The translations under genes and the position numbers were made by a program. The notes beneath the pieces are model-generated. The model worked only from the letters and a program-made list of their open reading frames with translations. It was not told the DNA's origin and did no database searches. From positions 1 to 31,953 of the IMG/VR virus record IMGVR_UViG_3300037796_000043: DNA of 31,953 nt; one strand, given 5' to 3'. Origin of the DNA: a virus. Lineage: Duplodnaviria; Caudoviricetes. This document shows positions 19,129 to 26,356 of the stretch, one piece after another; the first letter of the stretch is position 1; each line of letters begins with the position of its first letter.

Positions 19129-19179
19129 GCTGACGGCCAGTCTCTTGGCTGCCGCGTCGAATGTCAGGAGGTCGCTCAC
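19129..19179 (-). pseudogene. Possible truncated excisionase (HTH_17-like N-terminus)
   Basis: GTG coupled to upstream stop with SD; MSDLLTFDAAAKRLAVS matches LLT..EAA..L.VS, then becomes Pro-rich and runs antisense into the tail gene. Confidence 0.4.
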
Positions 19180-19580
19180 GCCAGCCCTTCCTCCCGCCCC
19201 TCGCTCGCCTCGGATCGGATGCGGTCGGCTTCCAAACGCAGCGTCTCAGGGAAGTGGTCGATGCCGTCCGTAAACTCGTCGGCCAGCGCCTCCAACCCCC
19301 TCGCCTGCAACTCAGCGACGGACTGGCGGGGTGACTCGTTGAGGGCCACTCGCATTTCACCGGACGCCCTCCCTCTTTCGTCAGAGTGCAGCAACCAATC
19401 CCATTTGTCGGCTTGTCTCATCATCAAATTTGCTGCGCTTTCTAATCTCGCAATCCTCGCAGCCTGCGCCTCGACTGCGGCGCGAAGGCGTTGCAAACCC
19501 GGCCTTACGAGCCGTGTGTGTTTGCCTAGCACTGCCTCAAGATCATCTAAAATCACCAGCGGATCGTCGTGTTCAGTCAT
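19176..19580 (-). CDS. Hypothetical protein
   Basis: Helical ORF with SD GAGGAAGG in the leftward operon. Confidence 0.65.
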   Translation of the reverse strand: MTEHDDPLVILDDLEAVLGKHTRLVRPGLQRLRAAVEAQAARIARLESAANLMMRQADKWDWLLHSDERGRASGEMRVALNESPRQSVAELQARGLEALADEFTDGIDHFPETLRLEADRIRSEASEGREEGLA

Positions 19581-19598
19581 TGCCTTCCTCATACTATT

Positions 19599-19964
19599 TC
19601 AGAAAGGAATGCTAGACGGATCGTCATCCTGAAACCCACCATTCGGCGCACTACCAGACGGGGCCGAATCCTGGCGCTTGCCCCCCTGCAATGTGATGTC
19701 GCTAACCTTGAGCTGGTTGTACGTCCTGCCTTCGTACTCTCGCTGGCTAAACTCGCCATTGACAGTTACAGACGAGCCTTTCGTCAAGTGCTGCGCCAGT
19801 GCCTCGCCGCGCTTGCCGAACAGCGAGCAGTCAAACCAAATCGTTTGCTTCCGCTCGCCATAGCCGACATCGGCGGCGACTGAGAATGAGCAGACATTCG
19901 TACTGCCTGCCTGTCGGATCTCGGCGTCTTTGCCGAGGCGTCCTGCTACGGTGGTGTTAATCAC
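19599..19964 (-). CDS. ssb: Single-stranded DNA-binding protein
   Basis: VAGRLGKDAEIR, FSVAAD, LTKGSSVTVNG and acidic tail ending IPF. Confidence 0.95.
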   Translation of the reverse strand: MINTTVAGRLGKDAEIRQAGSTNVCSFSVAADVGYGERKQTIWFDCSLFGKRGEALAQHLTKGSSVTVNGEFSQREYEGRTYNQLKVSDITLQGGKRQDSAPSGSAPNGGFQDDDPSSIPF

Positions 19965-20590
19965 TGGTACTGCTCCTTTAACTTCTCTACTCGTTGCTCG
20001 ATTTCATCCAGTGCGGATTGAACGTCAGCCCGCAACTGGTCGATGATTTCCTGATTGCGCTCGACGCGCTGATGATGCAACCGCATGGCAACCGGCCAGC
20101 GCGGGTCATAGCTCACGAAGTCACACCACCCACGCTCGCAGCAATCTATCTGCCACTGCATTTGCAGCATGTAGTTCTTCGGGATCGCTGCGCCTTCCAG
20201 CGTTGCCATGTGCGTTGCTTCGGTCGGGCATTTGATTTCCACCAGCCCGTCATCGCCGACCAGCCCGTCAGGACTCGCGCCCGACCAAGGCAGGCTAGGG
20301 TGGTAGACAAATCCAACCTCAGATACATCATTCTCGGTTAGTATCTCGTAGGCTTGCCGCGCCTTTGGCTCGTGCTCAATGCCCCAAGCCATCGCGGCGT
20401 TCTGGAACGTTTCAGCACAAGTGCCGGTCAAACGCTCTCGAACCAGCGCGGCGATCATGTTCTTGCGTGATGCGCCCCAGCCCGTCTTCGTCCGGGCGCA
20501 AAGGTCAGCCACCCGCGAGGATGTTACGCACCCTGCTCTTGCGGCGAACCAGTCGTCAGACCGCTGTGCAATGTTCAGGATCTTGCTCAC
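19961..20590 (-). CDS. YqaJ/lambda-exonuclease-like recombination nuclease
   Basis: QRSDDWFAARAG, AMAWGIEHEPKAR, GASPDGLV, VEIKCP, QMQWQ, CDFVSYDPR; GTG 20590 overlaps erf stop. Confidence 0.92.
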   Translation of the reverse strand: MSKILNIAQRSDDWFAARAGCVTSSRVADLCARTKTGWGASRKNMIAALVRERLTGTCAETFQNAAMAWGIEHEPKARQAYEILTENDVSEVGFVYHPSLPWSGASPDGLVGDDGLVEIKCPTEATHMATLEGAAIPKNYMLQMQWQIDCCERGWCDFVSYDPRWPVAMRLHHQRVERNQEIIDQLRADVQSALDEIEQRVEKLKEQYQ

Positions 20591-21153
20591 GCCGCTTTCT
20601 TCCTGTTGAGCATGGCAATTGCATCTTGCGCCTGCTGACTGGTCATCGCCGAAATTTCGCTGACCTGGAAATATTCGCACAGCTTTTCTTTGTCCGACCC
20701 GGTTTCCTCGATGAGAGAAACAACCTGCTCGACTTGATCGTCGGTCGCCTTCGGCTGGTCACCGGGCTTGCTGGCGTCTACCGCGTCATGCTCGACAATC
20801 TCCAGGGCTGCCATCCAAAGGTATCGGCGCATGTAGGTCTGAACAGCGCCGAGGTTCTGGACGGGATGCGCAGCCTTGAGGTTGGCTGTGGACATGGGCG
20901 AGGTGACAGTGATTGAATCTGAACCGTCCGTGTCATAGATCGTCATTGACGCGTAGGCATCGTCGAACGAAATGACTGGCACAAGGCCAGCCTCGCGCAT
21001 GCAGTCCATGCCGGGGATGATGAAATCGGCCAGTTCAAAGTAACTGTAACCGGCAAACGTGTTCTTCCCCGACTTCTTAAGGTTCATCTTGTGGAACGCC
21101 TTGCGGGCCTCGGCCAGCTTGGCGTAGATACTTTTTGACTTGCTCTGGCTCAC
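20587..21153 (-). CDS. erf: ERF family single-strand annealing protein
   Basis: IYAKL, KKSGKNTFAGYSYFELADF, QNLGAVQTYMRRY motifs; adjacent to exonuclease and ssb. Confidence 0.88.
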   Translation of the reverse strand: MSQSKSKSIYAKLAEARKAFHKMNLKKSGKNTFAGYSYFELADFIIPGMDCMREAGLVPVISFDDAYASMTIYDTDGSDSITVTSPMSTANLKAAHPVQNLGAVQTYMRRYLWMAALEIVEHDAVDASKPGDQPKATDDQVEQVVSLIEETGSDKEKLCEYFQVSEISAMTSQQAQDAIAMLNRKKAA

Positions 21154-21575
21154 AGCGCCGCCTCCTTTCTCGCCTTGATGTCGTGGTCAATCTGCCGCCC
21201 GCGCTGAATTTCCGAAGCGCTCGGCAGCTCGGCCAGCGCCCTCTCAATCCAGCTATCGCCGTACCAGCGAGCCGTCCGTGACAGCTGATAGGAAACCGCT
21301 ACTGCGGCTTCGGCGCTTGGCTCAATCATGAACTCGGACAGCGCGTTGAAGGTAGCCCGGTCGGAATCAGGGCCGCCCTCGTGGACGAACTCTCCGAGAA
21401 ACGACCAGTCTTCAAGGGCCGTCAGCACCTTGAGGCCCCAACCAACGGCGCAACGCGCATCGGCGGCTTCCACCGTTTCTATGTCGCGTGTATACCCGGC
21501 CTCAAACAGCGCATCGGCTATCGCCTGAACGAAGGCGGCTTCGGGGTCAGTCTCTGTGGTGCTTTTCTGTACCAT
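21150..21575 (-). CDS. Hypothetical protein
   Basis: ATG 21575 with SD GGAGA; stop overlaps erf start. Confidence 0.65.
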   Translation of the reverse strand: MVQKSTTETDPEAAFVQAIADALFEAGYTRDIETVEAADARCAVGWGLKVLTALEDWSFLGEFVHEGGPDSDRATFNALSEFMIEPSAEAAVAVSYQLSRTARWYGDSWIERALAELPSASEIQRGRQIDHDIKARKEAAL

Positions 21576-21576
21576 C

Positions 21577-22107
21577 TCAATCTCCTTGCCCGCCATCGCG
21601 GGCAGTGTGTTGTTCGGTTCGGGCGAGGGCGCTCTTGATGGCTTCGGCCATATCCAGGCCATCAGTAAAGCCGTTGGCATCATGCACATCAATATCTAAT
21701 GCATTCGGATAAAAGCTGCCGCTGACGAGAATCTTAAAAAGTAGTCCCCGAAGAGCCCGCTCACGCTCGGCGGCGAGGTCGGCGCGAATGTATTCAGTTG
21801 CCGGGTCTCCAGGGCTTGAGTCGTCAAAATCAATCCAAGTCCCTGTGCCGTATTCACGGTGGTATGCATATATTTTTTTCGGCATGCCACTCATTCCCCC
21901 GCCCTCCATGCGCTTGGCGCGTTGGGCGATCATGGCGTCGGCAAATTCCGCGCAGGCTGCCGGCGCTTCAAGCGTTGGCCGCAGTCTCATAAATTTGTCA
22001 GGCGTGCGCGCAGCGTAGTAGTCCCACATTGTCATGTTGCCGGAGTGTCCACCTTGCTCCGGGTTACCGTGCGGGAACGCAGGCCCGCCCATCTTTTCGC
22101 TACTCAT
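21577..22107 (-). CDS. Hypothetical protein, apparent fusion of two small phage ORFs
   Basis: N-half GGPAFP...MTMWDYYAA...ADAMIA; C-half MPKKIYA...EYIRADL with its own purine-rich SD and ATG at 21894. Confidence 0.6.
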   Translation of the reverse strand: MSSEKMGGPAFPHGNPEQGGHSGNMTMWDYYAARTPDKFMRLRPTLEAPAACAEFADAMIAQRAKRMEGGGMSGMPKKIYAYHREYGTGTWIDFDDSSPGDPATEYIRADLAAERERALRGLLFKILVSGSFYPNALDIDVHDANGFTDGLDMAEAIKSALARTEQHTARDGGQGD

Positions 22108-22468
22108 CTTCGACAAACCCTTTCCCATCGTGAAAATCACAGTGCCGCACGTAACGCGCGTCGGGCGTCCATTGCTTGCGGCACTCCGGTTGCTTGGCCA
22201 CGAACACATCGGGCAGCCAGTCAGCCGCCGTCAGAACGGCAGCCAGCGCGAGGCACAGGCCGATACCACCCAGGGTCTCCGTGACGGCGGTGTAGAAAGC
22301 TCCCCGGCCCGAAGACCGGGGAGAAGCACAACCGCAAGCAGCGCCTTGACGACCGCCGCTGCGGACACCCGACGCCTCTGCCAGCTCACGGCTGTAGCGG
22401 GCCTGTCTGGCGCGCCACGCGAGCAGGCGGAGGCGGTTAGTGGGGGCGTGGGTGCTGAGGGTGATCAT
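22100..22468 (-). CDS. Hypothetical protein with one hydrophobic segment
   Basis: ATGA-coupled to upstream ORF; LGGIGLCLALAAVLTAA segment. Confidence 0.45.
   Translation of the reverse strand: MITLSTHAPTNRLRLLAWRARQARYSRELAEASGVRSGGRQGAACGCASPRSSGRGAFYTAVTETLGGIGLCLALAAVLTAADWLPDVFVAKQPECRKQWTPDARYVRHCDFHDGKGFVEDE
22295..22323 (-). terminator. UUCG-capped hairpin, possible leftward terminator
   Basis: On - strand CTCCCCGGTC-TTCG-GGCCGGGGAG followed by CTTTCT. Confidence 0.5.
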
Positions 22469-22701
22469 GACGCACCCCGGAATAGGTGGCCCGCCCGGCC
22501 TCTCGACCGGGAGTGGTTGACACAACCTGTGGGGCATAACCGACACAGGGTTTCGCCTCCATTTTGCGCTGAGACGTTTGGCGCGTAACGGGCCGAAAAG
22601 GTGCCCCGTCGCTGGAGGGAGGCAGCGACAGGGCGGGCGGCGATACTGCGCCGCGCAGGCTGGCTAGGGAGGGAGCCAGCTTTGGGGAAGTCGATAATCA
22701 T
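22465..22701 (-). CDS. Hypothetical protein (weak)
   Basis: ATGA overlaps at both ends and SD GGAG, but unconvincing composition. Confidence 0.35.
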   Translation of the reverse strand: MIIDFPKAGSLPSQPARRSIAARPVAASLQRRGTFSARYAPNVSAQNGGETLCRLCPTGCVNHSRSRGRAGHLFRGAS

Positions 22702-23177
22702 GTGGTCTCCACTTTTCGCTTCGGTGCGGCCGCCGGGAAGCCGATCTGGCAAGCGCGGTCATACAGGACTACGTTGACCGTCGCTGCAAGATTCATGCAG
22801 TCGCTTGTCGGCACATAGATCGCGTCTCGGCACCAGCTAGTGATCCTGGCACCTAGCGTTGCGTCCTCCGCACCGAAGATGTAGAAGGCCCGCTCTGGAT
22901 GGCAGTATTCGGGAAGCGGTGTAGCGCCTTCAATAAAATCAACCGCGACGGGGACAGAGCCATGCGGGATGACCGACTGCAGATCCTCCACTTTTTGCAC
23001 GGGGATATGCCGATGCACTTTCTGAGTGTCAGTCGCCATCCTGTGCAGGTAGTAGTTGGGGCGCGGCCCGGATACGGCCACGAGGCTTGCCCCATAACAG
23101 CCCGCTGCCCTGAGTACGGAACCGACGTTGATTCCGTTCTTCGGGTTATCTAGGCCGATTGCAGCGTAGCCCCTCAT
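22698..23177 (-). CDS. SPOUT (SpoU/TrmH/TrmL-like) RNA methyltransferase
   Basis: Motif 1 DNPKNGINVGSVLRAA, motif 2 FGAEDATL, motif 3 VPTSDCMNLAATVNVVLYDR; ATG 23177. Confidence 0.88.
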   Translation of the reverse strand: MRGYAAIGLDNPKNGINVGSVLRAAGCYGASLVAVSGPRPNYYLHRMATDTQKVHRHIPVQKVEDLQSVIPHGSVPVAVDFIEGATPLPEYCHPERAFYIFGAEDATLGARITSWCRDAIYVPTSDCMNLAATVNVVLYDRACQIGFPAAAPKRKVETT

Positions 23178-23377
23178 ACCACCACCATCCCAACCGCACA
23201 CACAGCGGCCACAACGATACAGCCAACGACCAGCCATGGGATATGCCGCTCAGATCGCTCCACGCGCCTGACGGCTCGCGCAGAGGCCGCGTAGGTGAAT
23301 GGGGCGCTGCGTGTCATTTTCTTAGACGTCCAGTCCGGTGCTCCGTAGTCGAGGGGTTGGGTGGATTTGTGTTTCAT
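23174..23377 (-). CDS. Small membrane protein
   Basis: 67 aa with C-terminal hydrophobic helix; ATGA overlap with the next gene. Confidence 0.6.
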   Translation of the reverse strand: MKHKSTQPLDYGAPDWTSKKMTRSAPFTYAASARAVRRVERSERHIPWLVVGCIVVAAVCAVGMVVV

Positions 23378-23378
23378 A

Positions 23379-23984
23379 TCAATAGCTCACTAGTTCCATA
23401 AATTTGCCGCGCGGCGGCGTCTCTTCGCCCCATTGATCAGCCATTGCCTTGGCAATACCGGGGTAAAACTTGCTTCGCTCTTTCCATCGGTTTGGAGACG
23501 GAGCCATCCGGTGTACACGAGCCTCGCGTCCATCCACAGTTTTGGTCGGCTGCAACTCGGAAAGATTTTTTAGCCACAGGCAGATCGCTTTGACCTCGCC
23601 GTGACCGAATTGCCACGGCTGGATGATCTGATCGGGCTTGCGATAGTGGCTTGACAGGATGCTTACCGGTTGCTCAATGGCCGTCATGGGAATATGCTGG
23701 CTCCGTCGAATCAGGCGCATGATGAAACTGATGCCGCATTGCTGGCGGCCATCCATGCGCTTATCGGCAAAGTGCCGCGCCCCACTCACTGCCGTGTGAG
23801 TGCAGGGCGGGTGCATGATCGCCAAATCCCACGGGTAGTCGATGATGTCGAACACGTCGCCTTCGTAGTGCGGGCCGGGCGAGTCCGTGGGCAGCAGGTC
23901 GCAGCTCATGGCCTCATGCCCGGCGGCGATAAACGCATCGCGAACTACGCCGGAATATTCACAAGCGACCAACACTCGCATCAT
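23379..23984 (-). CDS. Short C5-cytosine DNA methyltransferase-like protein
   Basis: RVLVACEYSG (variant motif I), WDLAIMHPPCT (catalytic PC), IEQP, IIQPWQFGH, RSKFYPGIAKAMADQW. Confidence 0.8.
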   Translation of the reverse strand: MMRVLVACEYSGVVRDAFIAAGHEAMSCDLLPTDSPGPHYEGDVFDIIDYPWDLAIMHPPCTHTAVSGARHFADKRMDGRQQCGISFIMRLIRRSQHIPMTAIEQPVSILSSHYRKPDQIIQPWQFGHGEVKAICLWLKNLSELQPTKTVDGREARVHRMAPSPNRWKERSKFYPGIAKAMADQWGEETPPRGKFMELVSY

Positions 23985-24085
23985 TTCGCTCCCAGCATTG
24001 TGGCTCCTATAACCAAGATGCTTAGAACCAAGGCAATCGGCCAAACAACATCGAGGAGCCAGTTAAAGTCACTCTTTCTTTTCAT
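23981..24085 (-). CDS. 34-aa single-pass membrane protein (not in ORF track)
   Basis: MKRKSDFNWLLDVVWPIALVLSILVIGATMLGAK*, ATGA-coupled at both ends. Confidence 0.6.
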   Translation of the reverse strand: MKRKSDFNWLLDVVWPIALVLSILVIGATMLGAK

Positions 24086-24258
24086 TGCACCGGCACCCAG
24101 TCACCATGCTTGGACAGCGTGACCTCAATTCCCTCAGAATCGCGGCATTTGCCATCCAAGCCTGCTGTAATCGGCCCAACAACCTGCATTGGCCGGCCGG
24201 TTAACGGGTCGCAGCCTTGGGCTGCTCGGTCACGCATTTGCTTCTGTGTTTGGTTCAT
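24082..24258 (-). CDS. 58-aa hypothetical protein, first gene of leftward operon (not in ORF track)
   Basis: SD GGGAG then MNQTQKQMRDRAAQGCDPLTGRPM...WVPVQ*. Confidence 0.6.
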   Translation of the reverse strand: MNQTQKQMRDRAAQGCDPLTGRPMQVVGPITAGLDGKCRDSEGIEVTLSKHGDWVPVQ

Positions 24259-24290
24259 TTGCTGCTCCCGTTTCGTGATTTGATGAGAGC

Positions 24291-24319
24291 AGATTACGGC
24301 AACCCGATTGACGTGTCAA
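24291..24319 (-). promoter_or_regulatory. Leftward sigma70 promoter (PL-like)
   Basis: TTGACA (24319-24314), 17-bp spacer, TAATCT (24296-24291). Confidence 0.75.
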
Positions 24320-24324
24320 GGGGT

Positions 24325-24353
24325 TTGACTAGATTTTTTTTATCGGGTATATT
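24325..24353 (+). promoter_or_regulatory. Rightward sigma70 promoter (PR-like)
   Basis: TTGACT (24325-24330), 17-bp spacer, TATATT (24348-24353). Confidence 0.8.
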
Positions 24354-24360
24354 ACGCCTC

Positions 24361-24555
24361 ATGGACAAGAAATACACGAAGCGAGAAGCGCGCGAGCTGT
24401 TCGGGGTCAAGACCGATTACCAGCTAGCGAAGGTTTTTGGCGTCAGCCGCCAGGCAATGTACGCGGCGGGCGAGGATGACGAACTTTCGGAAGCGAGGCA
24501 GTGGCAAATTCGCGCCATGCTGGCAGAGCAACGCAGCGGGCAAGACGCTGCGTAA
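24361..24555 (+). CDS. Cro-like HTH regulator
   Basis: 64 aa, TKREARELFG....QLAKVFGVSRQAMY....LSEARQWQI; first gene after the rightward promoter. Confidence 0.75.
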   Translation: MDKKYTKREARELFGVKTDYQLAKVFGVSRQAMYAAGEDDELSEARQWQIRAMLAEQRSGQDAA

Positions 24556-24560
24556 AAGAA

Positions 24561-24594
24561 AACGCCCGGTGCCGAGCAAAGCATTCCGGGCGTT
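24561..24594 (+). terminator. Hairpin after cro (tR1-like position)
   Basis: AACGCCCGG...CCGGGCGTT stem; weak U tract on +, A-run on the 5' side could act on - strand. Confidence 0.45.
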
Positions 24595-24623
24595 CGTTAC
24601 CTCAAGTAAGGAGATGTTACGTA

Positions 24624-25502
24624 ATGAGTATAGCAAAACTACCAACTGAAACCAATTCAATCGAGGCCACAAGGAGCTGGCTGGACAGTATGGTGAAGCG
24701 CGGCGAGCGCGAGCCGTTTGCGTTGCGCGTCGAGCTGACGCCGGAGTTGGCCGAAATCCTCTTGTCAAGAAATCCAGAGAACCGACCAAAAAAGACTTGG
24801 CACATTCAGGAAATGGCCGAAGACATCAAGGCGGGCCGCTGGGAGCTCAATGGTCAGACAATCGTAGTCAGCAGATGTGGTCTTCTGAATGATGGGCAGA
24901 ACAGGTCGATGGCAGTGGTTATGGCTGATAAGTCCATCCCAACCTTTATGGTTTTCGGTATCGACCGGGAAGCTAGAAAGCGGATGGATATTGGCCGCGT
25001 TCGCACTGTCGCCGATTTTCTCGGTATGGAGGGCGTTGGCAGCGGAACCCACGTGGCCGCTGCGTCTCACTACATCCTAAAGATCAATCGGTGGGGCAAG
25101 ATCACGACAGGCATGGATCAGAAATTTTCCAAGCCGGAGATCACAAACTTCGCAATGGAGATTGCACCTGATCTGGCATTCGGTTTGCGCACATGCAACA
25201 AGTCTGGTCACGGCAGAATTTCGCCGCTGTCGCTCTTGGTCACGGCGCACTACATCATGAGCCAGGTATCGCCAGAAGATGCCGACCAATTCATGAGCGA
25301 TCTTATCCGAGGCTCCGGGCTGGAAGCGGGAGATCCGGTGTTCGTTGCTCGTGACAAGTTGATGGACCCCACGAAAAGACTTGCCCCGAATGAGCGTCTG
25401 AAGACGCTGTTTTCAGCCTGGAACAACCGCCGGGCAGGGCGCAAAGTTCGGACCCTTCAGCACAGCATGAAGCGGCATGAAAAGCTGCCGGAGTTGAAGT
25501 GA
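24624..25502 (+). CDS. ParB/Srx-like N-terminal domain protein
   Basis: LTPELAEILL..N..NRP, DIKAGRWELNGQTI, LLNDGQNR..AVV, MDIGRVRT; SD AAGGAG, ATG 24624. Confidence 0.7.
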   Translation: MSIAKLPTETNSIEATRSWLDSMVKRGEREPFALRVELTPELAEILLSRNPENRPKKTWHIQEMAEDIKAGRWELNGQTIVVSRCGLLNDGQNRSMAVVMADKSIPTFMVFGIDREARKRMDIGRVRTVADFLGMEGVGSGTHVAAASHYILKINRWGKITTGMDQKFSKPEITNFAMEIAPDLAFGLRTCNKSGHGRISPLSLLVTAHYIMSQVSPEDADQFMSDLIRGSGLEAGDPVFVARDKLMDPTKRLAPNERLKTLFSAWNNRRAGRKVRTLQHSMKRHEKLPELK

Positions 25503-26356
25503 TGCGACAGGTTGAGCAACTAGACCCGAACATCATTGCAATCGCCAATCGCCACCGCCCCCTCAATTCTGAGGGGGTGGACCGACTGAAGGAATCAATC
25601 GGTTCTGTCGGTCTAAGAACGCCGATCACGATTCGTATCGTTGATGGCTGGGAAGATGGTGGCGAAGTATTCGACGGGCAGCCTGTACTGGTCACTGGCC
25701 GGCACCGCCTCGAAGCCGTTAAAGCCCTTGGATGGGACACCATTGAGTGCTTCATTTTCGATGGTGATGATGAGATCGACGCGGAACTCTGGGAGATTGC
25801 AGAAAACCTTCACCGCGCCGAATTGACCGCCCAAGAGCGTTCCGACCATATCGCCGAATGGATACGGCTGCTAGAGGAAAAGCAGGAGCGGGAGCGGGAG
25901 GAGCAAAATCAGCCGTCCCAAGTTGGAACGGCTGAAATTGGGTACAAGAAACCGCCACCGCAATCCGAGTCCGGCACCAACGCAGCCGCCCGCGAACTCG
26001 GCATATCCAAGACGCAGGCACACCGCGCCAAGCTAATCGCCAGCATTCCCGACGAAGTGAAACAGGCGGCAGCGGATGCGGGGCTTGCGGACAACCAATC
26101 CGCTCTGGAGCGCATCGCCAAGGCGTCGTCACCTGCTGATGAACTTCAGGTAATTGTCGAAGAGCGCAAGGCGCGTAAAGCCGCACGGGAAGCGAAGCGC
26201 AAGGCCGAACAAAAGAAACATAAGGAAAGCGAAAAGCAGCGCCAAGCGGAAAAGGCCGATGAAGAGTTTCGGGCGCTTATCGAGGCATGGGGCAAGGCAC
26301 GCCCGAGTGTTCGCGAGAAGTTTAGGCAATTCTTGGCGGATCGGGCCGCAGCATGA
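25499..26356 (+). CDS. ParB N-terminal domain protein with HTH
   Basis: LKESIGSVGLRTPI, LVTGRHRLEA, EIAENLHRAELT, AAARELGISKTQAHR. Confidence 0.85.
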   Translation: MMRQVEQLDPNIIAIANRHRPLNSEGVDRLKESIGSVGLRTPITIRIVDGWEDGGEVFDGQPVLVTGRHRLEAVKALGWDTIECFIFDGDDEIDAELWEIAENLHRAELTAQERSDHIAEWIRLLEEKQEREREEQNQPSQVGTAEIGYKKPPPQSESGTNAAARELGISKTQAHRAKLIASIPDEVKQAAADAGLADNQSALERIAKASSPADELQVIVEERKARKAAREAKRKAEQKKHKESEKQRQAEKADEEFRALIEAWGKARPSVREKFRQFLADRAAA

